From positions 1 through 64,000 of IMG/VR virus record IMGVR_UViG_3300032282_001105: a stretch of 64,000 bases of DNA. One strand, written 5' to 3'. This stretch comes from a virus. The position numbers and the translations under genes are program-made. Positions 18,835-31,700 of this stretch are shown here, one piece after another; the stretch's first letter is position 1, and every line of letters begins with the position of its first letter. The notes under the pieces were generated by a model, which saw nothing but the letters and a program-made list of their open reading frames with translations, did not search any database and was not told the origin of the DNA.

Positions 18835-19284
18835 ATGCCAACATACGTAGGATTCTCAACAATTGGTGCTAATGAACCCAAAACAACCAATGCCAGTACT
18901 GGCATAGACGGTGGTACAGGTGGTGTACTAAAGCCAACTATACCGGGTAAAAAGTATCGTATTGTTGATGAAGCATTAGTTGTTAGAGATTTTGTCAACT
19001 CATTAAACATACAACAAGGTCAAAAAGTTGGTAATCCGGGATATGGTTCTACTATTTGGAGTTATATTTTTGAGCCAAATGATGCTGATACTCAGTTAAA
19101 AATTGAAAATGAAATACGTAGGATCGCTAGCAATGATCCTAGATTGATTGTCAATACTGTAAAGAGTTATACTCAGGATAATGGTATATTACTTGAAGTA
19201 GAATTAGCTATTGCACCCTTCAATAATGCTGAAATATTGAGTGTTTTCTTCAATAATTTAACTAATACTGCTAGCTTACAATAA
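18835..19284 (+). CDS. gp25: Baseplate wedge subunit gp25
   Basis: D..LV.RD..N...GQK..NP.YGS.IW..IFEP...DPR motif. Confidence 0.88.
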   Translation: MPTYVGFSTIGANEPKTTNASTGIDGGTGGVLKPTIPGKKYRIVDEALVVRDFVNSLNIQQGQKVGNPGYGSTIWSYIFEPNDADTQLKIENEIRRIASNDPRLIVNTVKSYTQDNGILLEVELAIAPFNNAEILSVFFNNLTNTASLQ

Positions 19285-19307
19285 CAAAAACCGTAGTTTT
19301 CATTTAA

Positions 19308-19315
19308 GATAAATA
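19308..19315 (+). promoter_or_regulatory. Late-promoter-like GATAAATA before gp6
   Basis: Intergenic; identical to the motifs at 10952, 39887 and 40670. Confidence 0.7.
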
Positions 19316-19332
19316 CTTAAAAGAGAATAACT

Positions 19333-22300
19333 ATGGCTACAAGTTCAAGACAATCAGCAATATTTGGTGTTCAGAATTGGCAACAAATCTATCAAACTTT
19401 TCGTGAAGCCGATTTCAAAAGCTACGATTATGAGACCCTGCGTAAGAGTTTCATTGACTATCTACGTACATACTATCCTGAAACATTCAATGATTACATT
19501 GAATCCAGCGAATTTATTGCTCTATTAGACGTTATTGCGTTTATGGGACAAGGTCTTGCCTTTCGCAATGACTTAAATACACGTGAAAACTTTATTGATA
19601 CGGCTGAACGTAGAGATAGTGTTGTTAAACTAGCTAACTTAGTAAGCTATAATCCAAAAAGAAACATTGCAGGACAAGGCTATCTTAAAGTAACAAACAT
19701 TAGTACCACCGAAAACATTACAGATATCAATGGTATCAATTTAAGTAACCAAACTATTCTTTGGAATGATCCTGCAAATGCTAGTTGGTTAGAACAATTT
19801 AACACTATTATTAATGCTACATTGATTAATAGTCAACGTGTTGGTCGTCCTGGAAACAGCCAAGACTTATTGGGCATAAAGACAGACGAGTACAGTATCA
19901 ATATTCCTCCTGCTAGTTTGCCCATCGTACCATTCAGTAGTACTGTGGATACTATCAATATGAATTTTGAATTAGTTAGTGCGACTAGTTTGGATCAAGA
20001 TTATGTTTATGAAATTCCTCCTGCACCAAGTGGCAAGATGAATATGATGTATCGTAACGACAAATTAGGTTACGGTAGTCCAAATACAGGATTCTTCTTT
20101 TATTTTAAACAGGGCACATTACAGACTTATGATTTTAATTTAGCCCAACAGATTAGTAACCAAGTAGTTGATATTGACATTCAAGGTATTAACAATACTG
20201 ATACTTGGTTATATCAAATCAATGCTAGCAATGGTGGTAGAACATTGTGGAGATTAGTAGACAGCGTTTATGCAAATGCAAGTTTACAAACAGAGACTAG
20301 TTATAAAAAGGTATTCTCTGTTGTTTCACGATTCAATGACCAAGTTAGTTACACTTTCGGTGATGGAGTATTTTCCGAAGCTCCAGTTGGAACGTTTAGA
20401 GCATATGTACGTGGCGGTAATGCATTGACATATACTATCGACCCAACTGAAATGCAGGGGATTCAAGTAACAATACAGTATATTAGTAGAGTAGGACGAA
20501 CAGAAGCACTTACAATAGGATTATCATTACAAACACCAGCTTCAACAGCGCAAGCCAGAGAATCATTAGCAAACATTAAACTACGTGCTCCTGCTCGATA
20601 TTATACTCAAAATAGAATGGTTAATGGTGAAGATTATACAAATTTCCCATATACATTATACAGTTCAATTATTAAAAGTGCCGCTATTAATCGCAGTTCT
20701 ATTGGCGTGTCTAAAAACTTAGACCTACTTGATCCTACAGGAAAATACTCCAGCACGAATTCATTTGCAGGTGACGGTGGCTTATATCAAAATAGTGATA
20801 ATGGTAACTTACCGTTAACTATCAATAACACCGGCGACATTATTCAGTTTTTAACTGATAACCTTGCAGTGGCGTTAGCAGACAATAGAGCAAAGCAATA
20901 TTACTTACAAAATTATCCACGCTATAATATTAATACAGCATCTGGTGATGGTACAGTATATTGGAATACAAGTACAGTAGATGCAAATAGTATCACTGGT
21001 TACTTTTATAATATAGATGGTTCATCTAATCTACCAATTGCTACTGGTACATATAATACTCATAATATGAAGTATGTAACTAAAAGTGCATTAATTAAAG
21101 TTACTGCACCAACTGGTGCTTACTTTGACGAGAACAATCGATTGGTATACGGTATTGCAAGCCCAAGTGATACATTATTCTATTGGACAACTGTATTGAA
21201 TGTTATTGGTGATGGTTATAATAATGGTATAGGAAATTTTAGTAATGGTTCAGGACCAGTTACATTGAATGGTTTTGTACCACAAGGTGCGATTATTTCG
21301 CAGGTTATTCCTGCTTTCCAAAACACATTGCCATCTACAGTTATTACTGAAGCTAGAATCAAAATGGAATTGAATCAAAGTTTCAGCTTGATATTTAATA
21401 ACTCATTATTAATTACTCAGGATCGTTGGAGTATTGATGTGTATAATGCCACTGGGTGGTTTATAAACTTTAATAGTGTAGGAAATAACAAATACCAAAT
21501 TGCATATAGGTCGTTGCGTTATTACTTTGGTAGTGTTGCAGATACACGTTTCTGGTATGAAACTGGTAAGTTAGTATATGATCCATTTACAGGTAAGATA
21601 CTAGCTGACTACGTTAAAGTATTGCCATCTAATACACAGCCTGACAGTAATTATCCTTTAGCAAGACCGGTACAGATGAATGTAATTGGTCAGACAGTAG
21701 AGAGTGACGGTTATGTAAATGATTTTGAAGTTGAAGTAGCAAGTATAGATGTAAACAATAAAGAAATTGTAACAGACCCTGACTTCTTCCAAACAGTTAC
21801 AGGATATACAACTGGTGGAAATAACACAGGTATATATACTTTCTTTGAATTAATTCAAGATGCAATAAACTTATCACGTTATCAATTGATTGCAACAAGT
21901 GATGTTGTATATCAATACCCAACGTTATCAAATGTTGAAGTAGTAAAATATGAATATCCATTAGGACAGATTTTCTATGCTTATAGTGATAATATTTTTT
22001 ACACTACAGTACAAGATACTAGCGTTACCACACCGTATTACATAGTAGTTGAACAACCACAATATAGTATGCAGCCAGGCAGACAAGCATTGGCATACCA
22101 ATATAGACACAATAGTAATAATACAACACGTATTGATCCTGCCACAACAAACATTATTGATTTATATTTGGTAACACAATCATATTATACTCAATATCAA
22201 AATTGGATACAAGACACAACTGGCACAGTACCTAAACCAAACGTACCTACTATCAATGAATTACAGCAGGCATATGGTAATTTAGATCAGTATAAAATGC

Positions 22301-22704
22301 TATCTGATAGTGTAATACCTAACAGTGTTCGTTTTGTTCCTTTGTTTGGAACAAAAGCACCTGCTCAGTTACAAGGTACAGTTAAGGTAATCAAATCACA
22401 ATCAACGAATGCAAGTGATAGTGAGATTCGTAGTGCTGTACTATCAGCTATGAATAGTTATTTTAATATTAACAACTGGAGCTTTGGAGACACGTTTTAT
22501 TTTAGTGAATTAAGTGCATACTTACACGCACAGTTAGGTGATATAGTAAGCTCAGTCGTATTAGTACCAAACGATCCTACAATGTCATTTGGAGATTTGT
22601 ATGAAATTAAGTCAGCACCATTTGAAATTTTTGTCAATGGTGCAACAGCAAATGATGTGGTTGTGATTGCGGCTTTAACTCCAGTGCAATTACAAATAAG
22701 ATAA
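19333..22704 (+). CDS. gp6: Baseplate wedge subunit gp6-like
   Basis: DFKSYDYETLR, FNDYIESSE, ENFIDTAERRDSV..LA..VSY.PKR, FGDGVF, ES...IK.RAP..Y.TQNRMV..EDY. Confidence 0.88.
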   Translation: MATSSRQSAIFGVQNWQQIYQTFREADFKSYDYETLRKSFIDYLRTYYPETFNDYIESSEFIALLDVIAFMGQGLAFRNDLNTRENFIDTAERRDSVVKLANLVSYNPKRNIAGQGYLKVTNISTTENITDINGINLSNQTILWNDPANASWLEQFNTIINATLINSQRVGRPGNSQDLLGIKTDEYSINIPPASLPIVPFSSTVDTINMNFELVSATSLDQDYVYEIPPAPSGKMNMMYRNDKLGYGSPNTGFFFYFKQGTLQTYDFNLAQQISNQVVDIDIQGINNTDTWLYQINASNGGRTLWRLVDSVYANASLQTETSYKKVFSVVSRFNDQVSYTFGDGVFSEAPVGTFRAYVRGGNALTYTIDPTEMQGIQVTIQYISRVGRTEALTIGLSLQTPASTAQARESLANIKLRAPARYYTQNRMVNGEDYTNFPYTLYSSIIKSAAINRSSIGVSKNLDLLDPTGKYSSTNSFAGDGGLYQNSDNGNLPLTINNTGDIIQFLTDNLAVALADNRAKQYYLQNYPRYNINTASGDGTVYWNTSTVDANSITGYFYNIDGSSNLPIATGTYNTHNMKYVTKSALIKVTAPTGAYFDENNRLVYGIASPSDTLFYWTTVLNVIGDGYNNGIGNFSNGSGPVTLNGFVPQGAIISQVIPAFQNTLPSTVITEARIKMELNQSFSLIFNNSLLITQDRWSIDVYNATGWFINFNSVGNNKYQIAYRSLRYYFGSVADTRFWYETGKLVYDPFTGKILADYVKVLPSNTQPDSNYPLARPVQMNVIGQTVESDGYVNDFEVEVASIDVNNKEIVTDPDFFQTVTGYTTGGNNTGIYTFFELIQDAINLSRYQLIATSDVVYQYPTLSNVEVVKYEYPLGQIFYAYSDNIFYTTVQDTSVTTPYYIVVEQPQYSMQPGRQALAYQYRHNSNNTTRIDPATTNIIDLYLVTQSYYTQYQNWIQDTTGTVPKPNVPTINELQQAYGNLDQYKMLSDSVIPNSVRFVPLFGTKAPAQLQGTVKVIKSQSTNASDSEIRSAVLSAMNSYFNINNWSFGDTFYFSELSAYLHAQLGDIVSSVVLVPNDPTMSFGDLYEIKSAPFEIFVNGATANDVVVIAALTPVQLQIR

Positions 22705-22707
22705 GTA
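22700..22707 (+). promoter_or_regulatory. Late-promoter-like GATAAGTA before the giant structural gene
   Basis: Variant of the recurring motif, overlapping the gp6 stop codon. Confidence 0.55.
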
Positions 22708-22730
22708 TATATAACAACTAGAGAGTTATA

Positions 22731-25700
22731 ATGGCAGCACGAATTAGAACACTAAATTTTTTACCAGATATATTCCAAACACCTACTAATGCACAATTTT
22801 TAGGTGCAACACTGGATCAAATTGTTGACCAACCCAACACGATGCGAATCGAGGGTTACATTGGTAGTAAATTTGGTTATGGAATTAATGCCAAAGATAA
22901 TTATGTAATTGAACCTACAAAAGTACGCACAGACTATCAATTAGATCCGGGTGTAGTTTTTACAAAAACAAATACAAGTACTGCTAAAGATTTCATAAGC
23001 TATCCAGGTATCATTGACGCATTAAAATTAGAAGGTGCAATTACAGATAACAATGATAGATTGTTTAATAGTCAATTCTATTCTTGGGATAGTTTTACTA
23101 ACTTAGATAAGATTATTAACTTTAATCAATACTATTGGTTGCCAACAGGTGCACCGGCAGTTAACATATCAACTGACATTGTTTATACCGCAACAGATTA
23201 TACTGTTCAAAGTTTGCCTAATGGATATAAAATCTCTAGTGATGTTAATCCAGGTGGAACGACTAACCCAACATTAACATTGATTCGTGGCGGCACATAC
23301 ACGTTTACAGTAAATCAATCTAGTGAATTTTGGATTCAAGGTAAACCTGGCATTACTGGATATGATCCACAACAACCAAACATACAAACACGTGATGTAT
23401 TAGGTGTAGAAAATAACGGCACTTCTACTGGAGTAGTCGTATTCACTGTACCATATAAAGATGCACAAAATGAATATAATTTCCCGGGTAATAATTTAGT
23501 AGATGTTGTATCTACATTACCTTTCGACCAAATCAATGGTCAATTATTAAGTGATGTTGGCAATATAGATGGTGTGACAGGCCTTGAAGGGCTTACTGTT
23601 ATGTTCTATAACACTGGCAGCCCTTTTTTAGTTTCAGCAGGATCGTTTGTAGTAGGAACTACTTATACGATTACAGATTTAGGTGATACCACGCAACTTC
23701 AATGGAATACTATTGCCGGAACAAGTAGTGTTACATATGCAGTAGGTGATAGTTTTATTGCAGCCGCAGTTGGTACTGGTACAGGCACAGCAAAAGCATT
23801 AACTGGATATGTTTCTAAATTTTATGATACTACATTGTATGATGAGGATGGTGGAGTAAGTTATACTCCTCCGGGTACAACAGCAGATTTTAATAATTAT
23901 GAAGGTGGATACTACACAGATATCTATTCTACTTTCTATACTATAACGTATGAAGGCTCTGCTTCTGATCCAGTGTTACGTTTAGTACCATCAACTGCTA
24001 TTCCAACAAGTCAAAAAATCACAGTTACCTACGGTACACAATGGAAAGCAAGAAACTTCTATCGTACTACAGTTGGTACTATTAATCTTATTCCGTACCT
24101 AAGTGCTATACTTGATACATTATATTATCAGGATAGTGTTAGTGTAAATAAAGTAGGTATTATTAGATTAATTGAAAATAATTCTACTAATCAAATAGAT
24201 ATCAATGATATATTAGGTAGGGAACAATATACCAGTCCAAATGGTGTAGTATTTACTAATGGACTAAAAGTTTCTTTTTCTGGCGATATATTCCCTACAA
24301 GTTATAAAACAGGGGAATATTATGTAGAAGGTGTTGGTACTGCAATAGAATTAATTGATACTTCTACACTTATTGCTCCAGAACCTTTTACTGAAGGTTC
24401 GTATATTCCATACGATACATTGCCTTATGATGACGGTAATTACGACAGCACCTTGTATGTCCCTGTATATCAGGATTATATAACTATTGCAAGAAATAGT
24501 ATAGACAAAAATGCTTGGTCAAGAAGTAATCGTTGGTTTCACATTGATGTTATCAATGCCACTGCTACATATAACAATAATCCAGATATAGCAACTGTAT
24601 ATGCAACACAGTACAATAAAGCAAAACGCCCTATCATTGAGTTCTATCCTAACTTAAGATTATTTGATAACGGTATAATAGGTAAGGCACCTATTGATTT
24701 CTTTGATGATAGAACAACAGACGCATTTACATATGTAGCTGGTCAAGAAAACTATTGGCCAGATGTTGAAGTATTTACTGCTTATACTGCCGCAATTGCC
24801 GGAGTTACTGGAGATACAACAACTACTATAACTGTTTTAGAAAATGACGTTACCGGAACATTCCAAGTAGGTCAATTTATTAGTGATACAACTAATCAAT
24901 TACCAAGCAATACTCAAATCACTGATATAGCATCTGCTACAGTCGATGGAGTAACAACACTAACTCTTACAGTTGAATGGATTACACCTGCTAATGTAGG
25001 TACAGTTACAGATGCATCACTTGTTGCAGATGATGTATCAAACGACAACTATTCATTATATGATGGTGCAAGAATCGTATTCTCAGTTGATACTAATCCA
25101 GAAGTTAAAAACAAAATTTACGTTGTAAGATTATCTGACATTGCAGGTGATGGAACAAAAGTAATAACACTTACCGAAGCAGATGATGGATTGGTGTTAC
25201 CATTAGAATGTACATTTGCTTTTAAAGGCTTTAACAATCAAGGTAAAGATTTTTATTTTGATGGTGTTGAATGGTTCTTAGCACAACTAAAAACTACTGT
25301 AAATCAAGCACCGTACTTTGATATATTTGATAATGATGGTATTAGTTTTGGTAACACAGATGTTTATGTAGGTACTTCATTCAAAGGTAATAAATTATTC
25401 AGTTATGGAATTGGTAGTGGTATAAAAGATATTGTATTGGGTTTCCCACTACGTTATAGTTCTGTAAATAACGTAGGTGACATTAGTTTTGATGTCCCTT
25501 TAAATAGCGCAACCTTTAATTATGTTAACGGTACAACTCCTAAAACACAGCAAGTTAATACAGGTTATGTATATAATTACACGTCGGGTACAAATGTAGT
25601 TAGACAATTGGGATGGCAAACTGCTGTTGCAGAAAGTCGTCAATATCAAATATTTTCTTTTAACTATGTTGCATCTGAAGCGACAACAACCTATACTTGT

Positions 25701-28700
25701 GATATAGCTGCCGAAACAAACACAGTATGGCCTAATATTCAAGTTTATGTTAATAACGTTCTACAGGCAAAAGATACCTACACATATACAATTAATGCAA
25801 ACTCTACCGTTGTTAATTTTACAGTTCCTGATCCCTCAATTGATACAATTGTAGAGATAACGTTATTAAGTGACCAAGTAAGTAAAACTGCATACTATCA
25901 AGTACCTATTAATTTACAAAATAACCCATTTAATGCAGATGTTACAGTTGTAAATGTTGGTGATATTCGTGGTCAATATCAAAGTATTTTCTATAATAAT
26001 CCAAACACAACTGGAGTTGTATTTGGTGCAAACAACTATCGTGACTTGGGTAATCTTGTGCCGTGGGGCACTAAGATAATTCAAAATAGTGCGTCATTGG
26101 TATTACCAGGCTCATTGTTAAGATTACAAAATCATAACTTAATTAATTCAATACAATATAGTAGTCAGCAATATATAAATTTTAAATCATTGTTAGTATA
26201 TACTATAGATAAAACAGAATACAATGTTCGTCAATCTCCTGCAACTATATTAGATGATGCATTGGATCAAATCACATCAAATAAAACTAATACAGAACCT
26301 TTCTTCTGGAGTGATATGTTACCAAGTAAGGCGGCATATGTTACTAATACTTATACATTTGCTAACTCATTGGATGTAAGTATCTATCCTTTAACAAGAA
26401 TTTATAATTATAGTACTGCTAATTATTATGGCGTGTTGGTATATTTGACAACAACAGTAGGTAATATTACTACTACTGTACAGCTCATTATTAACCAAGA
26501 TTATACAATAAGTACAGATAGTCCTTCTCTTACTATTACTAAAGATTTAGCACCCGGCGATATTATAACCATTAGAGAATATAATCAAACATTCGGTAGT
26601 TATGTTCCAAACACTCCTACTAAACTAGGACTATATCCTTCATTCATACCTTCAGTAGTACTTGATTCTGATTATTCACAGCCTACATACTTTATTCAAG
26701 GACACGATGGATCTTACAATAAACTATACGGTGATTATATTGATGGTTATTTAATTGACTTTAGAGATCAGGCTTTATTAGAGTTTGAAAAACGAGTTTA
26801 TAATAATTTAAAACTATCAGATATTGTTCCTGTTACTGAGTATGATGTTATTCCGGGCTTCTTTAGAACGACCAATTATTCATATGATGAAATATTACAG
26901 ATATACAGTCAATATTTCTTAAATTGGGTTGGGCAGAATAGACTTGAATATAAGAAACAATTCTATCAACCTAATGATGAATTCAGTTATAACTATACTC
27001 AATCTGGCAATAAGATTAATGGTCAAGCTTTTGAACAAGGCTTCTGGAGAGGTATATACGAATATTTCTATGACACTAGCACACCAAATTTAACTCCTTG
27101 GGAAATGATTGGTTTTAGTAATGAACCTACTTGGTGGACAAGTCGTTATGGTGCATCCCCGTATACAAGTGACAACTTAGTATTATGGGGTGATATGGCA
27201 GCAGGTATTAACTGGAACAACGGTGATCCAATCGTATTACCACAGTTTATCAGAGAACAGTTGTTAGAAGTTATTCCTGTTGATAGTGCCGGTAACTTGT
27301 TATCACCGTTTGATGCGGTGATGGGTAACTACAATCAAAAAACATTCCGTAACAATTGGGTGGTTGGAGATGTAGGCCCAGTTGAGTTCAGTTATCGTAG
27401 AAGTAGTAGTTGGCCTTTCGATTTAATGAAGATTCTTGCCCTTACTAAACCTGCTCAATTCTTTAACTTAGGGTTTGATGTAGATAACTACAAATACAGT
27501 AGTGAGTTTAATCAATTTTTGGTTAACAATCGTAGTCACTTAGTGATTAGTGATGTTGCTATATATGGTAACGGAACAGCAAAAACAAGTTATGTTAACT
27601 GGATAGTTGATTATGAAAAACAAGCTGGTATTACTGCCACAGAAAATATCACTGAGCTATTCGATAACTTAGATGTACGATTAATTTATAGATTAGCTGG
27701 ATTCAGTGATAAGAGTTTGCTTGGCTTCTTTGTTGAAAAAGGTACTCCTAACAGTAGAAACGCTTCACTGTTAATACCTGACGAAAGTTATAGTGTAATC
27801 TTATATGATAATGTACCTATATCTACTATAATTTATAGTGGTGTGGTCGTACAAAGCACAAGTACCGGCTGGAAAGTATTTGGTAATTCACAAGATACTG
27901 CGTATTTCACAACAGTAACACCAAAAATTAACGGTAATTATAACAAAGTAACAGTGGGTAACCAGTCTGTACAAATTGCCAATGACTACACAGAAACAAA
28001 AATTAATATAGTACCGTATGGCACTGAGTTTGTTGATATACAATCATTGAGTCAGTTCATTGCAAGTTACGGACAATTCTTGTTAACACAGGGTGTATTG
28101 TTTGACCAAATTGAATCTGGTATAGATGTTAATTGGCGTCAGATGATTACAGAATTATTATATTGGATACAATCAGGTTGGGAAAATGGTAGCTTAATTA
28201 ACTTGAATCCGGCTGCAAATTTAATTACTATTAATAAAGAAAGTCACGTAGTTCAACCTTTGACATTACAAAAACAAAACTTCATATTGAATCAAAACTT
28301 CTATCCAATACAAAGTACCGACTTGTCTGTTAACCGTGATAGCACATTTTTCAGCGCAAGACCGTTAAATGAAGGTGACACTGTTGCATATGGTCAATTC
28401 AATATTAGCAATTTTGAACATGGTATTGTTTTTGATAATGTAACATTATTCAATGATGTGTTATATAACTTAACAACAGGTTTAAGACAGAATCGTATTC
28501 TAACAAGAGGTACTAAGTCCGCAGATTGGAATGGTACTATTGATGCACAAGGCTTTATTCTTAACCAAGACAACATTGAAGAATGGAGTCCAAATCAGAA
28601 ATATACAAGAGGCAGTATTGTTAAGTATAAAAACAAGTATTGGTTTGCATTAAAAGTATTAAATGCAAAAGATATATTTGAAGAACAATATTGGAAAGAA

Positions 28701-31700
28701 ACAGATTATAATGAAATTCAGAAGGGCTTGTTACCAAATAGTTCAACACGTTCATATGAATCTACGTTGTTTTATGATACAAACAAAGCTAACTTAGACC
28801 AAGATAGTGATTTACTAAGCTGGTCATTGATTGGCTATCGTCCACGTGATTATCTAGCTTTAGCGGATCTCACAGATATTACTCAAGTTAATGTTTATAA
28901 GAACCTTATCAAAGAAAAAGGTACAAGAGTTGCTACTGATACGTTTAGAGGATTAACGTTACCCCAAGGTGGTATCGATTATGATATCTATGAAAACTGG
29001 GCGATTAAGACTGGTGAGTTTGGCGGTGTATTAAACAATAACTTTGTTGACTTCCGATTAAATCAAAATGTATTAACAAGTAATCCTAGCATTGTAGGAT
29101 TAACTAATGGAACATTCACGACCGGAGTACAACAAGAAGTACCAACATATTCTATATTCAATTATGGAAGACCTGTCAATAGTCCTAATGTATTACCTAC
29201 ACTACCTTCTGATACTCCAAACAGATTATTACCAGATGCAGGATATGCAAACTTTAACGATATTAAAATATCATCATATTACTATAATGGATTGAATACT
29301 GCGGTTACTCCTCTGTCACAGTTATATGTAAATGAGTATGTATGGTTAGCTGATTACAATAGTACTTGGCAAGTATATACTCCTACAAGTGCTGGACAAG
29401 TTATTGGCGCAGTAAATAATTTAAACGGCACAGTAACTATTCAGTTTGCAACGCAACATAATTTAACCAAATATCAACCGTTTGCTATTGTTAATTTTAA
29501 TAGCAACATTAATGGATACCGTATTGTTGCAAGTGTAGTAGACGCTTTTAGAATAACAATAGCATTAAACATATCTCCATCTATTACTGGTATTACTGGT
29601 AACGGAGTAGCATTTAAATTCTCATCACAACGTGTTGCTACACCTAGCGATATTAACAATTTACCATTACTAGATAGCGAATTTGTAAAAAATAAAGTTT
29701 GGGTTGATGAAAATAATGATGGATCTTGGGCTGTATATAGTAAGAGTTTAAATTATGTATTCAATGATGAATTACTAAAAACAGGATCATCAACATACGG
29801 CAGTGCTGTAGCACAAACTTCTGCATTGGGATATTTAATTACTGATGCTACTGCAGGTAAAGCATATCGTTATAGTTATAATGTAGTTTTTGATACTTAT
29901 AGTATTGTTCAAACACTCGACCACGATGTATCTTTTGGTACTAGTATTACATATACCGATGATATATTTGTAATCAGTGAACCAACTAGCGGGTCACCTA
30001 AAGTTTATGTTTATCAATTAGAACAAACAACATTAGTTGACCAACTTAACTTGATTCAAACAATTACAGCAGAAGACGGTTCAACAAATTGGGGTAGTGC
30101 AATATCTGTATCCGGCGATAAGAATTGGTTATATATATCTGCTACTGATTTGAATAGAGTTTATGTTTATCGCAAATCTAACCCAAATACATATTCAGCT
30201 GGAACATTCACTGTAGGTAAATCGTACACCATTACCTCATTGGGTACTACTACACAAAATGAGTGGAATATTATTGCTGGAACTAATTTGAATCCAGAGC
30301 CGGTAGTGTATTCTGTTGGTAGCAGTTTTGTTTGTGCAGATCCCGGTACTGGATCCGGCACAGCAACGGATATTACATATGTTCAAGTAACTTACCTGTC
30401 AACAACACTCTCTCCGGGTGATAATTTTGGTTACGCACTTGCTACAAATTACTATGGTAACACCGTAGTTACAAGTGCACCAGAAAAAGATACAATTGTT
30501 GCTGATTTAGGTACTGCATACTCCTTTGAAAGAATAGTGCAAAATTTTGAGGCGTCTTATAATAGTTTACCATTTACGCCACAAACGTTTAGTTTGATAT
30601 TCACTCCGAATACAACGCCTGTCACGGTTACTGCTACTAATTCAGGTACAGACCGTTTTACTTGTGCTAGTAGTGCAAGTTTAGTAGTCGGAGATCCTAT
30701 TGTCTTTACGGGGACAGTATTTGGTGGAGTGTCATTGAATACTGTATATTATGTATTAGCTAAACCAACAGGTACTACATTCACTGTATCTACTGAACTC
30801 GGCGGTTCAATATTACAACTGACTACAGATAGTGGTTCTATGATTGCTGTTCAACAAACTGAACCAATATTTGTTAGCGTTAACGGAACATTGATTGATG
30901 ATAGCAATTACGGAGTAACAAACTCGTCTATCAATATCTACTCATCATTAACAGCAGGTGATATCATTACTGTCAGTGGTTCTGAATTTGTCTTAACACA
31001 GGAATTTGCATCAGTAGATTCTAACCCAGAAGTTGGTACAAACTTTGGTTATAGTTTAGATGTAGATAATTATGCGAATGAAATATTGATTGGTGCACCG
31101 TTTGAAATCAATAGTCAAAATGAAGAAGGTGCTGTTTATCGTTATACTAATAGCGGTGGCAGTTATGGTATAGTAACTGGAACTACTGAATGTAATGTTC
31201 TTACACCTGTTACTATACTAGTCAACGGTTACTCAGTATTAATTCCTGCAGGAAATGCTTCTACTGTCGCAAGTGCTATTGCTTCAGCCAAAATTACTAA
31301 TGTTACTGCATCCGCTTCTGCTAATAATATTTTAACTATTCAAGTTATAAGTGTTGACTTAGCATATATCAATGCTAAGTTAACCGTATCAGTTTTAGAT
31401 GCTACTGTACTAGATCAATTAGGTATCCAGTTATATACACAAACACAATTAATCAATGATCCACATAGTCAAGGTAGAACTCAGTTTGGTAGCACAATCA
31501 AGTTTAATGAAAGTGGATCGTTTGTAGTAAGTGCTCCGGCATCAGCAAGATATTCTGACACTACATTTGATGCAAGTGATGATGAAAATTATAACAATGA
31601 CACATTGTTTGATAATAATACAACACAGTGGATAGATTCATTTAACAATGCCGGTGCAGTATATATGTATGATTACTTGCCAGTATATAATGAATCTGTA